NCBI GenBank assembly: GCA_951406725.2
Contig: OX597822.1
Span: 44,330,001-44,394,000 of the forward strand
Reading direction: 5' to 3'
Origin: Octopus vulgaris
Taxonomy: Eukaryota
DNA: 64,000 bases
A model generated the notes under the pieces. The model ran no database searches. It had not been told where the DNA came from and saw only the letters and a program-made list of their open reading frames with translations. Shown one piece after another: positions 13,156-28,696 of this stretch. How positions within the stretch are numbered: the first letter of the stretch is position 1; every line of letters begins with the position of its first letter. The translations under genes and the position numbers were made by a program.

Positions 13156-14208
13156 AAGACAGACAGACAGATAGACAGACAGACAGACATATGGACAGAC
13201 AGACAGACAGACAGATAGAAATTGATACGCCAGGATATTCCTGGGAATACAAGCAACTGTATATATGGCGGGGAATTAAATTTAGTTTGTCGTATACATT
13301 AGAAAGCAATTTCAAGTGAACATATCCTGCGATAATCAGCTGGCAATGTCTCACAGCTTTCTGTTGGGACTAGAATATTCTCTAAAGGTTTCTTGAATAT
13401 TGGTGTGTATGAACAATTTGACAAACCTATACAGAAATTATTTATTGCATTTAGAAGTGTTATTAATATTTGTTGATTACAAAAAATTGATTTCCATTCT
13501 GTTTATGGTGCAGACCTATCTGGAGTATACGACAGCTGTATGATATACCCAAAGCAGATAATCGATGTTATTAATATATTTTCTAAATTATGAATAGTTT
13601 TTCTTTCTGGTCCAGAAGTTGCAACGTACAGCGTTTTTATTATTTATTCACTTTAAACAGTGTATTATTTCTGATAGCGATACAGTTTTGTATTAATGAA
13701 AAACCGTTTATTGATATCCATTTTAAAACCTTTTTACTGTAGATATCTGATATATCTTCTCACGATTTAGTTACTCTTAACTGCAGAGAGTAGTGTTATA
13801 TACCGAAGTAACTTTTTTTTTGAGGTTTGTCGTGTTTGAAGCTATTTTGTTGAGATATGTTAAGATTATTGAGGCAACGTAGCTTGCTGTAGAACCAATT
13901 CTGTTTTTGGCAAATATTTTGCATCTTTACTGGAATAACCACGAAATTTAGTTTCGCGTTTGAAGAGTCGAGACACTACCCTTTTGAAAATTGTCTCAAC
14001 TTGTACACATTACATCAACACTAAACTAAATCTGGAGAGTTTATCCCTCGTATCATCAATGGTAATATATCTGTATTATTTGTAGAAAAATCAATCGCAT
14101 ATTTATATGTTTTAAGCATTTCAATATATGTTATTTACGATATATTTATTTCTGACGAATGCAATTTAATTTAAAACACGTCCTACTTGACTATTATTAT
14201 TATTATTA

Positions 14209-14261
<53 letters not shown>

Positions 14262-14301
14262 GTTGTTGTTGTTGTTGTTGTTGTTGCTGTTGTTGTTATT
14301 G

Positions 14302-14334
<33 letters not shown>

Positions 14335-14341
14335 TTATTAT

Positions 14342-17300
14342 TCTATGTTTGACTTTTGCTTTATATTTGTACAAGTTGGCTCCAAGTCTCACCCAGAGAC
14401 CTCAAGAGACAACAGGGTTGGAAGTTCATGTTGTTGTTATGCCTAGTGTGCCATATATTTGGGGGGTGGGGATGTTGTACTAATGAATGTCTAAAAAAAA
14501 GTTGTTTTTTTTTTGTTTTTTTGTTTTTTTTAAACCGAAAATTATGGTTGTTTTAAACCTTGAGGTTACATAGAGAGTATTTTGCGTAGGATATGAGCAG
14601 TTCCCATGAGCACTATCTTTTGAACTTCTGCCATTTTTGGGTTTCCTGGTATCTGAGTTAGGTAGCTATCAGCCCATTTTGCTATCATTCCCAGGGCACC
14701 TATGACAACAGGTATTGTTTTAGTCTTCAGCTTCCACATTTTACTGATTTCTATTTCAAGATCTTTATATTTGCTCAGTTTTTGGTAGGTCCTGACGAGA
14801 TACGTTTATATCGATTGGGACAGTCATATCAATGAGGAGGCATGTTCTTTGTTTGAAGTCTTTCAATATGATGTCTGGCCTATTTGCATCTATCTTCCTG
14901 TCAGTTTGAATGGTGAAGTTCCAGAGGAGTGAGATGTGGTCATTTTCAAGCACTGGGGGTGGTTTGTGTTCCCACCAGTTTTTTTCATGGGGCAAATCCA
15001 GGTTTTTACAGATTACCCAGTGAATATATTGTGCAGCTCTATCGTGCCTGTTGAGATACTCTGTAGGCGCTAGAAGACTGCACTTGGAGACCACATGGTC
15101 AATGGTTTCATTTTGTTGCTTGCATACACGACACGTTGGACTGCTTCTGATCTTTAATATGTTGGCCTGGTAGTTTCTTGTTGGTAGGCATTGATCTTGA
15201 GCTGCTATGATAAACCCCTCTGTTTCAGATTTTAAGCCAGAGGCCATTAGCCATTGATGGGTCAGGGCTTTGTCGATATCTGCATTATTCGCTCTCTTTG
15301 GGTATTTGCCATAGAGAGGTTTTTCTTGCCATTTATTATTCAGAATATCTAAGGCCGCAGTTTTGGCACGGGTTTTCATGCGCCTAGCTTTTTCTGTGCT
15401 TGTTTCTTGTATGTCTATCTCTAATTCCGAAATTGGTTGTATTCGGAATTCACTTAGATATTCCTTTGCCTGTTTTGTGACTGAGTATGATGCTTTCTTG
15501 TTTTCATGTTTTGAGACAAGTTTTAACATCCAGTCCTCAGAGTTTTTCAGGTAGGTGTCTAGGCCAATTGTAGCAATCTTCATTGTTATTGCCAGTTGCA
15601 AAAGACCACGGCCTCCCTCTTTTCTTGGCAGATAGAGTCGTTCTGTATCTGCCTTAGGGTGGTGCATTCTATGCATTGTCAACAGTTTCCTTATTTTTCT
15701 GTCGAGCTGACATATTTCAGTAATTGACCAGTTAACAATATTGAAACTGTAAGTCACGACTGGTATAGCTAATGCATTGATTGCTTCGATCCTGTTTCTT
15801 GCATTCAGCTCTGTCTTGAGTATTGCTCTCACTCTTCGATAGCATTCTCTCCTGATCCTTTCCTTCATCTCTGAATGCCTTATTCCGTTCCCTTCAATTA
15901 CCCCTAGGTACTTGTAGCTCTCCGCTGGGTCTAGTTCTTTTATGACATTCTGTTGGTCAAGGTTAACGTTAGATGTTTCTGTCATTTTTCCTTTGATAAA
16001 GGTAGCCTTTGCACATTTATCGAGGCCGAATTGCATTCTGATGTCGTCACTGAATTGTTTGACTATCGCTAGTAAGCCCTTGAGTTGTTGATCATTTTTT
16101 GCAAAAAGCTTTAAATCATCCATGTAAACGAGATGATTTATATTTTTATCAAACATTTTATACCCGTACTGCGCGTCATTGAGCAGCTTTGAGAGAGGTA
16201 TTAAGGATAAACAAAAGAGGAGTGGTGACAGTGAGTCACCCTGGAAAATGCCACACGAAATTTTTACATCACCAGCATTTAGGGATTCACTGTCACTGTT
16301 CAGAGTTAGTGTGGTTCTCCATGATCTCATACTTACAGTCAAGAAGTTTCGCAGAGTTGGTGCTATCTTATACATTTCAAGGCATTTCCTAATCCAGCTA
16401 TGTGGTAGGCTATCAAAAGCCTTTTTATAGTCTATCCAGGCTATTGATAAGTTTTTGTGTCGTTTGTGACAATCTTCTAAGATCATCTTATTGATGAGTA
16501 GTTGGTCTTTACAGCCGTAGGATCCACGTTTACATCCTTTCTGTTCATTAGGGAATATGCTGCTGTCTGTTAAAAAACTATAGGTATATTCCGTCAGGAC
16601 AGATGTTAGTGTTTTGTACATAGTTGTTAAGCAGGTTATGGGTCTATAGTTTTTTGGTTCATTTGTTTCTTCACTTTTTGGAAGCAGGAATGTTAACCCA
16701 TTAACTAGCCAAGGAGGCATCCTACTAGGGTGTTGCAAAACATCATTGTACAGTTCTGTTAGCAGTTCATGGCTCTCTGGGAAGGCATTCAGCCAGAAGT
16801 TAGGAATTTTATCCTTTCCTGGAGACTTCCATTTGCTTGACCTCCTGAGAGCAGATCTTATATCTTCTACCTTGACACCCTCCCACTTTTGCTCTTCTAA
16901 GGGGTCCAGTTCTGTAGATATTCTGTCAATCCAGGGGGCCTTTTCGTTGTGTGTTTTTTCTTCTGCCCAGATTTTATTCCAAAATCTCTGCACTTCTTCT
17001 TTTGATGGTACAGACCCTGCAGTAAACGCTGTTTTTCCTATCTTCCTGTAAAAATTCTTGGTGTTATTTTTGAACATGTTGTTGTCCTTGAAAAATCTAA
17101 CACGCTTTTCATACCTCGCTATGCGGGCAGCTTTGGCAGATACCTTTTGTTTGATGGTTTCTATGGTGGCATCAATATCAAGTATAGTTTTCATATTGTA
17201 TTTTTTCAGTAATTTTTGGGTTTTTGTAGGTTTGGTAGTCTTGTGAGCCTTAAGGTTTTTCAAATATTCAATGTCAGATCTAAATACTTTAATTTGTTGT

Positions 17301-18258
17301 TGCAGACGCTCTTGCCAAGAAGGCTTTTTGTGGGACTGTTGCCGTTTTCTAATCTTTACACCACATAGGATCGTTGAGATTTTCGCGGATGCATAGTATA
17401 GGTGGTTGAGGTTTGTGATATCAACATCATTAACTGAAATTATATCCTTAAGTGCAAGCCGGATTTTACCAATTATTTTCATGTTTTGGTTAGAGTTGCG
17501 GATTTTAGGAAGTGTATCACGCTCATCCATGCTGGTTTCTTTAATTTTCAGCCATTCAATCATGATTTGATTTTTTAGCTCATGTAGTTCTGTTGGGTCA
17601 ATATTTGTGTGACTTTCTTTATCTATTTGATGCTCATCTGTCTTAGTGTTTATGATTGGTTCAGGGCGTATTTCACTTTGCCTATCACTTATACTAACTC
17701 TTTCAATCCTCTCTTCGTTTTTATCCGCCCTGGGCTGGTCTATAATCATTTCCTCTGTATTATCTTCTCTAGCTGCAGCTTCGTTCATTTTATCCGATAT
17801 TGCTTGTCTAACCTGATCAATCTCTACTTCAGTCAGTAATTTCTTTTTTATAATGTTTCTTCTAACATTGGCAAGTTTGTTACTGTCTATGTAGGGTCTT
17901 ACTTCAGGGTGTTTCTGTCTCCAGTTTAAGTATGCTTGTACAGTGCTAGACTTATCTGTGGGGAAATATATGGCATGGTAGAAGGCCTCAAGAACTTCTT
18001 TATTATCTTCCCTAGACCATTTTTCCTTCTTTTTCTTTTGATTATTTGGTGATGAGCATGGATGGCCATCTGTTGGAATATTCCGGTTGTGGGGTTCGTC
18101 CAGCTCCTGTGTGTTGGGAAGATTTGATCCAGTAACTGATTTTTCAATCAGGATTTGGTTCAATTTTCGGGTACGTGGTCTTTTGTAATCCGCGCAATGA
18201 CCAATGCGGTTTATTGTTTGATTTGTTGACCTTGAAGCATGACGAGCATCCATTCTTA

Positions 18259-18260
<2 letters not shown>
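14342..18260 (-). mobile_element. R4/Dong-clade non-LTR retrotransposon, near full length, inserted in (TAA)n
   Basis: Single long ORF with RT and C-terminal RLE, a ~220-nt 3' UTR, and (TAA)n on both sides. Confidence 0.92.
14566..18253 (-). CDS. R4/Dong polyprotein: reverse transcriptase, CCHC knuckle and restriction-like endonuclease (1-nt frameshift near 14797)
   Basis: Motifs KSPGKD, NYRPITCL, IDYKKAFDS, GIFQGDSLSP, YMDD, YKYLG, CRVC..HVVSKC, RHD, RPD and LLIDMTVP. Removing one base near 14797 restores KYKDL..IPVVIGALG..RKILSM* with the stop at 14566. Confidence 0.92.
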
Positions 18261-18321
<61 letters not shown>

Positions 18322-18659
18322 TTCTTTGACATATGGCAACTTTAATTATATTTCATGGAAAAACTCAATACGCTAAGGAATAAGTAATATAATGCCATGG
18401 CAGTGATGCCGGAATAGGTTGAAAATGATTTAGTTTGTAAGGAAAGCCCTTCTTTACAAAATCCAATTTAGACCGATAAATCTTCAGGTATCACTTTTTC
18501 TCCGTTTATTCGCAATAATGTAAGTGATTATAAACATGTCTAATCCATGAATAACAGATGGTTGACTTTTTGTTGGCGGCTTTTGTATACAGACCCAACA
18601 TTTTGCTTTCCTCAGAATCAGTGTTAGTGGTATGAAGCACAGTACAAAGATCAGTGGGG

Positions 18660-18820
18660 ACATGTAGTCCCCTTGGAAGATGCTACTTCTGATTTGTACA
18701 GTCCCTTAATTTCTTCCGTATGCTGTCAGGTCCGGCCTCCACTTCGCCATACGTTTTCCAAGCAGTCGCTCAAAATTCGATGCAATACCAAATAGGTTCA
18801 TACATTCCATAATCCAAGAA
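18660..18820 (-). mobile_element. R4-type RT fragment
   Basis: Minus frame WIMECMNLFGIASN..VQIRSSIFQGD. Confidence 0.6.
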
Positions 18821-19128
18821 TGTAGATAGACATACATACGTTCATGCATGCATATATAAATGTATACATAAATTCATACATATATACATTCATATATATA
18901 TAAATACATACATGCATACATACATGAATGCATATATTAATACATACAGCGATACATACAGCGATGCATACATATATACATATATACATACATACATACA
19001 TACATACATGCATGCATGCATGCATACATACATACATACATACATACATACCATCATACATACATACATACATACATACATACATACATACATACATACA
19101 TACATACATACATACATACATACATACA

Positions 19129-19160
<32 letters not shown>

Positions 19161-19734
19161 CGCGGCGGGTTTCGAGTTTCAACACGTTTTTGTTTCTGAT
19201 ATTCAAAGACGAGACTGATTCATCGGTTGATCCGGCATTACAGAAGACAGCCAATTTGCCGTGTTGCAAGAACGAACGCCAAACCACGTACTTACAAAAC
19301 AAACACGTTAAGCACGGAGACATGTATGTCTAGACTGTTTGTACGCAACAAAACTAGAGATGACCAGAACAGTAATGTGTTATATCTAAGATCCGTAACA
19401 TGTACGATTAAGCCAGTCTTAAACCAGACACCATCAACACGTTCGAAGTAAAAAAAAAACAGCATTCTACTATATGTAGATTTTTCGTAAGTAGATAGTT
19501 TGTTGAGAAGCTGTTAGATATCGAGAGGAAGAAAACCCCAGCTGTGTTTAGAGAGAAATCGTTGGATGTAACTATTCTTTAAATAGAGCTAATATGATAA
19601 TTAGCTTAACTACTTAGGCGCTTTGAAGAATCTTATCTCTGCCTGTAACATATTTTCGTTTTACAACCAATGACACGCTCACATACATACATACAGACAG
19701 ACATATACATGAATATATTTACAGACACACAAAC

Positions 19735-19821
<87 letters not shown>

Positions 19822-20325
19822 CAGATAGATAGACAGACAGACAGATAGATAATAAGATAGATAGGATCTCAGAGAGATTGCAAGTGTTCAGACAGCCGAA
19901 ACTGGAAATCTCGCTCGTGTACAAATTTTATCCTTAAATCCCGTAAATATTTCTTGTTATTAACTGTACATACATACATTCATACAAACATACATAGATA
20001 CACATACACACATATATGTGTGTGTTTGAGTCTGTGTGTGTATATACATATATATGTTTATATATTTGTTTTGCAAGATTTTTGATGAGAAATCGTGTGT
20101 TGAAACAGATATTGTTGTATTTAGGAATGGCCATTTTGCCAGTTTAGCCAATAATAAGATTAAGCTTAATGTAAAAAATAAATAATATATATATATATTG
20201 ATGTATTTAGGAATGGTTATTTTGCCAGTTTAGCCAATAAAAACACACACACTATATATTTGGTGTTACTTTGCTTCAGCGTTATTTATTTTTTACATTA
20301 AGCTTAATCTTATTATTGGCTAAAC

Positions 20326-20373
<48 letters not shown>

Positions 20374-20477
20374 TATATATAGGTATATATATATATACGT
20401 ATACATATACATAGGTATATATATATACGTATGTACACCCATAGATATATACATATATATTTGAATACGTACGTATG

Positions 20478-20541
<64 letters not shown>

Positions 20542-20917
20542 CAATCAGGATATTCAAACTTCTTATAGGGATATTATTTCAAGATACACTGGTTTATTTT
20601 ATTAAATTTTGAAGTGATAATTCTTCAATGAATATATTATATAGAAAATCATAAGTTATCAAACATTTTATTGAGTTAGAAAACAAACATATTTAATGGA
20701 TGCAAATAAATTTATTAATTAATCAACACATTCACCAACAATTATATCATTTCTCAAATAAGATTACAATTACAAAACCTATACAAAGATATAACATTGC
20801 ATTTTAAAAAAGTTATCAGGGTTTTCAAAGAACAATAAAGATTACATTAGGATGCTTTCGGAATACATCCATCAGATCACTCTGTTTTCTAACATACATA
20901 TACATACATACACATGT

Positions 20918-20948
<31 letters not shown>

Positions 20949-20963
20949 CATACATACATACAC

Positions 20964-21017
<54 letters not shown>

Positions 21018-21439
21018 ATAGCATACATATAAGAGGGATGACCACTAAATGGACATACAATATGCTAGATGTAGACCCCCATATGGTCTGACCACTTAGA
21101 AAAGATTAATATAGACCACTTAGAAAATATAATATAATTTTTCTGAATCTTCAGATATTTTCAAAATGCTAGGCCACTGGTTTAACTTGATGTTAATATA
21201 ATTAATATTCAATTTTTTACTCTGAATATTTAAATATATATATATATATACATATATGAACAGGTCGTGGTCTTATAACGACGAAAATATTTTGACAAAT
21301 TAAACTTAAATGTTGAAGTGAATCCAACGGCTTTTGTGTGTTTCTTAAATGGCTTACAAACACCTTCCACGATGCAATTGTTTTCGTTCCAGCACACGAT
21401 CTCAGATCAAATCACTTGCTATGCAAGTACATATCCGTA

Positions 21440-21477
<38 letters not shown>

Positions 21478-21486
21478 TTATATATA

Positions 21487-21523
<37 letters not shown>

Positions 21524-21532
21524 TTATATATA

Positions 21533-21607
<75 letters not shown>

Positions 21608-21619
21608 CGCAAGGTGATA

Positions 21620-22440
21620 CTCTGAGTTTGTAAGGTATGTAGGCAGAGTGAGGCAGTACTTCCGACTCCACAAATTCCTCTAATTTCCGCTTGCTCTTAT
21701 TGGTTTTGTTTGCTGAGGCAATGTTACGTTGTAGGAGAGCGCAACTTTGATTAGCGAAGGCAAAGTATCAAGTTTTCAAAGCATTAGATAACAGCTGCCG
21801 TCGTTGAGAATAAAGACTGGCGTTCATAGCATGCCCAATTGGAACCAGCTCAAAGGGAAGCACTCCCTCGAACTTCCACTAAACGCGCATCATATCTGTC
21901 TGTTCAAAACGCCGTGTTGGTGTTGCGCAACAGATTTTGAGGCTGGCCGGGACGAAACCACTGATGTATCTTATCAGAATAGGCCCATTTTTCATCCGCA
22001 GTTAGAACTCGACGCTAAAAACGGACATCTCGAAGAGTTGCCAGTAGTTGTCAGCAACTGCTCAAGCCTCGTTGAGCCTGGTCATTGGTCAGTTCATGTG
22101 AAGCTTGTCCACAGCATCTGTTCACGAGTCCGAGCTTCTGGAAGTACCGGATGAATACAATTTCTGCTGACAATATATGAATATTTTGCCATTTCTTGCA
22201 AGGACTAATCTTACACAGCGTAATCTTACACAACGTAACACCTTTGTTTCTCTTCAAGGCGAGTGTCAACTTCCATGAAACGTCGGAACCAATTTTGTGC
22301 CACACATTTGTTCTCATATTCTGGGCTTCCACGTCACGAATATCTTTCGCCACTGACTTTGCACTCGCTTCTTTTCTCAATGGTCGCTTAAAACAGCTTT
22401 CATTGCTACTTTTTCACCACTCATTTTCAACACTGTGACA
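21620..22440 (-). pseudogene. Mariner transposase relic
   Basis: Broken frames give AQNWFRRF, RRVLTADEKW, WKFEGVLPFELVP and EVLPHSAY. Confidence 0.75.
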
Positions 22441-22661
22441 TAAAAAAAAAAAATCATTAATGGTTGAACCAAATGATGTATCAAATTGCCACTCTGGAAC
22501 TAGTAAAATAATGTGTATACATCCGTCTGTCCATCCATTTAACCATCCTTCGTCCCATCCATCCATCCATCCATCCATCCATCCATACATACATACATAC
22601 ATACATACATACATACATACATACATACATACATACATGCACGCATACATACATACATACA

Positions 22662-22695
<34 letters not shown>

Positions 22696-22699
22696 AATC

Positions 22700-22990
22700 T
22701 AGCTATTGAGAAATTTGCAGTTACTCTATCCAGATGACAAGTTCAGTTTTATACCTGTAATAATTGGGACTCTGGGATATGTAACCCACTGCTTAAATAC
22801 CAGTCTTGAGAAATTAGGCTTCTCAAAACCAGAAAGGAGAAAGCTAATACCAATTAACACTGGAACTGTAAAAATCTGTGAAACTTTACAGAAGTTTATC
22901 ATTTAAGTATATATGAACATGTCTAGATAAGTAACTATATGCTTGAGAATACACAAAAAAAAAAAAACATACAAATCTGCACGTACACAC
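22700..22990 (+). mobile_element. R4-like LINE 3' end (RLE C-terminus and 3' UTR) in (CATA)n
   Basis: LQLLYPDDKFSFIPVIIGTLG; homologous to 57035-57390. Confidence 0.7.
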
Positions 22991-23083
22991 ATACACACAT
23001 ACATACATATATACATACATACATACGTATGTGTGTATATATATGTGTGTGTGTATCTATCTATTTATCTATCTATCTATCCA

Positions 23084-23126
<43 letters not shown>

Positions 23127-23139
23127 ATGGATATATATG

Positions 23140-23283
<144 letters not shown>

Positions 23284-23672
23284 GGATAGATATGCTTTTA
23301 TTAAATCGTAGTAGCAAATAATATTTACACTAACAGAATTTTGCAACTCACACGATGCAGTTCATTGAAATATGTATAAATATATATTTATGACATGGCA
23401 TGGTCACATTTTATTGACGATGCACATTAACTCCCTGAACATGCTCAGCTTATAAGCAACACTGATTAAATCTACAATTCAACCTGCTTCTCTAACACGC
23501 TGACATATATTAGGTGTCGCTGATATATTAAGAATCCGATTAATCTGACGACCGATTATTACTTGGTATATCTTGGCCATGGAGCAATGAACTACCGTGT
23601 ACTGTCAATAAGAGATGATGATATCGATTTGTATCTGTATATATATATATATAAATATGTAAATATATATAT

Positions 23673-23751
<79 letters not shown>

Positions 23752-23792
23752 GTGTGTGTGTGTTGTGTGTGTTTGTGTGTGTGTGAAGCTCG

Positions 23793-23834
<42 letters not shown>

Positions 23835-23837
23835 CAT

Positions 23838-23877
<40 letters not shown>

Positions 23878-23995
23878 GCATGTATGTATATGTCTTTGTA
23901 TGTATGTACGTATGTATGTATGTATGTATGTAGGTAGATAGGTAGGTAGGTAGATGCATGGATGAATAGATAGATAGATAGATAGATAGATAGAG

Positions 23996-24059
<64 letters not shown>

Positions 24060-24853
24060 GGTTTCAGACATTCCGTTTGAATAGAGAATATAAACAAAAA
24101 CAGTCTCTAGCAGGTGTTTCTAGAACATCCAATCTTGTGGATCATGTTATGTATTAAGGATTCTATGTGGTAAATAAACCGTCATCAGAGAGGAAAAAGC
24201 CAGAAAATATAAAAACGCAGAATATTCCCCCTTCAAGAATAGTAGCAATTTCTATTTTGTAAAAACTAATGAACGGATCAGAGTGAAATAGGTATGCATT
24301 ACGTAGTTCCATGTTCGAATAAATGATGAAGATATAAGTAAGGTCCTGTGGCATAATACAACCTCGAATAAACAATAAATAACGGGTTTCAAAGAACAAG
24401 CAGCAAGTTCAAATAATACGTAGCAGGCTTGAAATAAAAAGTCGGAGGCTTTGAAGAGAAAATGGATTGGGGCTGATTCTTTTGACTAAAAAATCTTCAA
24501 AGCTGTGTATGGCCGCGATCCAATGACTGAAGGAAGCAAAAGATGAAAGTTAAAGAGAAATCACGTAAAAATCAACCTTAATATAAATACACTACACCGC
24601 ACCCGCACATATAAAGTCATGTTATATGTAGATTAGAACACGTGCGTGTATATAATTGAACGAAAAGAGTTTTCATTATTTTCGAATATTTATTATTCGG
24701 AGTTGATGTTGTTTTTTTATGAATCGCTACCTGGAGGATAAAATATCCTGTATTTCCTATGGATCGGAATCACGGAGAATTCGGAGCTAAAAACAGACTT
24801 CGACCTCTGTCTGTCTGTCTCTGTCAGTCTCTCTCTCTCATCTTTCCCCCCAT

Positions 24854-24921
<68 letters not shown>

Positions 24922-25310
24922 TTGCGTCTATCTGTCTCTCTCGCTGCCTGGGTATCTCCTCTCCAATTGGAAACTCAACCACTGAAATGCGTGAAGGTAA
25001 TGCTAACGATAATAATGTTAATAGTGAGGAAGAGACGGAGGAAAAGGTGGATGAGTAGAGGAGGAGTAGAAAAAGGAGTAGAATGAGGAGGAGGAGAATG
25101 AGGAGGAGGAGGGGGATTATACTAATGAGAAATCCCAGTTACCAACATCTGCATTCTTATTTTTCGCATTGAACTTAGTACTGTAAACACTCGGATATGA
25201 TAACACACTCTCTCTTTCTCACACACACATACATACATACAAATACACACATATACACACACACACCCAAATATGTACCTTTACATATATATGTGTATTT
25301 ATATATATAC

Positions 25311-25375
<65 letters not shown>

Positions 25376-25575
25376 GAGAGAGAAAGAAGGAGAGGGAACG
25401 AGAGAGATACAATATATATACATACATATGTATCTATGTGTCTGTGTCTGCGTTTGCGAATTTTGTTCTTTACATCTGTATGTGTATTTATGATACTGTC
25501 GGATCTTTTAGTGATTTGATTCGATGAATTTGTAGCTTATGTAGAGAGAGAGAGAGAATGAGAGTGAGAGAGAGC

Positions 25576-25611
<36 letters not shown>

Positions 25612-26688
25612 AAGAGTGAAAGAGAGGCGAGGTAGAGACGTTGAAAGAGATTGGGAGATACGATAAAATTTTTGAAAGCGGTAAACAAAAAAATTAAAAT
25701 AAACAGTTGATATTAATATTAAATATAGATTTAAAAATAAAATAACAAGGAAACCAACACAAAACTACCGCAGCAGCAGCGAAAACAACAACAACAACAA
25801 CAACAACAACAAGATTGTAATATGGCGGATATACAATGAAAAAATATTTGAACAAATTCGTGAATACGTAAATAAAATATATACAAAACGAGAAGGGTAA
25901 CTAGGCCTAAACAGAAAATTTTGCAGGTGATGGTGCGATATAGGTGAGATATTTGGAAGAATTCCCACAGATTATCACACCTGTTTTTTTTCTGCAATAT
26001 TTACAATTTGTAAACAACACTGCTGTAAATATTTTCTTGTTTTAAATACATTTTTTTTTGCTATGGCTTGTTTTCTTGTCAAATATTAATTTCTCCAGAG
26101 AAATAAATTTCAATCTTTTTTGCTGTTTTTTTAAATTTTATTTTCTTTTATATTTTGGTCTGAATTTTTGAATGTATAACACATGTTGAATACAATGTAA
26201 TATATGTTCGTATCCATGTGAATATATATACACATAAACATAAATATGTTTATACATATATATATATATATATCCATGTATATATGCGTATATATATTCA
26301 TGCATATATATATTTATGTATAGAAACACCTCTCTCTATATATATTTATTTAGATATAAATATTTATGTATATATGTGTATATATGTATGTATGTATATA
26401 TGTATATATTTGTGACGTACGAAACAGCGTAAAAGGGAAGGAGTGAAATGAATTTAAAAATTAGAGACGCTCACTGAATATTATTAGATATATCACTTCA
26501 GTTTTATTGAGGAGCAGGGCAGAATTAGGGAGATAAAATCTCCTGATGGATCGTTCCACGTTTTCATGTTCCCTCCTGTGGAAAGGCATAGCGGTTTCCC
26601 TTCCGAATCAAAAGTATTGAATCATCTACGTTGTGATCACCGTAGGCATTCCATGGGGCCTCTCCAAATATATATATCTATATATGTG

Positions 26689-26721
<33 letters not shown>

Positions 26722-26864
26722 CTTTGTGTGTGTGTGTGTGTCTTTGTGTGTGTGTGTGAGTGTGTGTTTGTGTGTGTAGATGTAGCTGTATATATATATA
26801 GTGAGGGAGAGGGGGACAGACAGAATCAGACAGATAGACAGATTGACTGACAGACAGACAGACT

Positions 26865-27003
<139 letters not shown>

Positions 27004-27479
27004 GTAAAATACAGCTAATTGGTGTCTCATGTGTTCTCATGTGCCTATTTTTTATTGGATAGACTGTAAATATTTTCCAAATATTTTTTATCTTAACAAC
27101 GTCATCGCTTTCCTTCAGACTCGTGACTTACTTCGATCGCCTCCTGGTCAATGTCCTCATTACATCCGATTTCTTTTAATTACCCTTTATTTCCATGGGA
27201 TACATCATATTAGATGATATCTTTATAATATTATATTTGTGTGCTCGTTGTCGAAGTATCCGACTCATCCATTTCGATGCTGTATCTGGTTTCACTGATT
27301 TCTAATTATTCTATATTTTGAATGTTTACATACGTCATTCTGTACACATGATATGTTCCATTGTCCTGTTCACTTCACTATCCACTCTCTCAAAGTTATC
27401 TTCTCTATATTTTCTATTAATAAATTTGCTGGTTACATTGTGGCTTCTTCTTTCATATGAATTTTCTTTGGACTTTAGC

Positions 27480-28230
27480 ATTGAAGGAAAGAACCTAACC
27501 AGCAACACAAACCGCAGGATCTACAAAATATTCTTCAACAAAATATTCAGTGAAATAGCACCATTATATGGTGAAGCTTTGAAAAGGAATGAGATAAAAG
27601 ATGAATTAGAGTTCCATGCCAAATTGGCACAATTGTATCTGACACCAAACAGAGCCCCCACCTCACCCCACGCCAAATGGGACATTATCTGCTTCAATCC
27701 GACCTTCAGCGCGAATGTTGCAATATATATATTAAAATAAGCAATCATTCTAATGCAAAACACTAAAAGCTTCTTAGCTGTTCAAACATAGAATAAAATA
27801 CTGCACAAATAGTATATAAAATTTACAACAGCTAGTAGACCAATCAAGCTATTAATGTTTAGTTATTTAGAAATCCACAGCATATAGTGGAAAAATAAAT
27901 GCAACTGTAATCTATTGAAACACTTCTCATTGTTTGGAAACCATCTAAATATAAAAATAATCTACAATGCATCAGTAATTCAAGGGTTGCAACCGATAAC
28001 ATTGATTAAGTGTAACAATCAACCCATTCAAAACCTGATGCACAAAACGCAATTACACGCTCTGGTATGTGTACGGAGTAATTCAACATCTCCACCGGAG
28101 AATATTTGGGACAAAACCAAGGAAAACATGAATATAAATATAATCTGACCAATATAGAAAGAGATTTGGTAGATGATCACGATCTTGGTGTTTATGTACT
28201 GTAAAAACACTCATAATTTTACTCAACGAA
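27480..28230 (+). pseudogene. Penelope-like element relic (RT thumb to GIY-YIG, Neptune-like)
   Basis: IFSEIAPLYGEALK and DIICFNPTFSANVA resemble the PLE motif IIWFNPP(F/Y)SxNV. KIIYNASV follows a Cys-containing linker. Confidence 0.6.
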
Positions 28231-28696
28231 TTTGTTCAGTTCACAAATGAAGTGAAGTGCACTCACTTTCTAGACACCAGAAGCATTCCTTTTAAAATAC
28301 TTATGTGAATTGCATATTGGGTAAATAACTAGTGGCGGAATATGCCGTACAAAAGACATTGGAACAACGGCATAAAATAAAAGACCAATTTAACTCACAA
28401 AAGCCGTAACTGCGACACGAATAAAAGACTAAATAAGAATGACTCTTTACTGTTACATATTACATATTACAATACCCGAAAAATAACACAACATAACTAA
28501 AATGACGACACAAAAAAGAATGTCCGACATAGTCGATGCAGATATCGACGAAACGGAAATATTTTAAAGATCGATATATCAATATATTAACTCAAAAGAC
28601 AAAATAATCGACGTATTGGTAAAAGAAAAGTGAGAATGCTACCATAATTTAAAACAAGCTACAATCATTGAATTAACGAAAGGAATTTAAAGATCA

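Noticed and set aside
13240-13900. Very old LINE RT C-terminal relic (plus strand); similar faint RT hints at 8740-8870, 47200-47370 and 58740-58850
   Set aside because: Only scattered residues match; an HMM search is needed before calling them.
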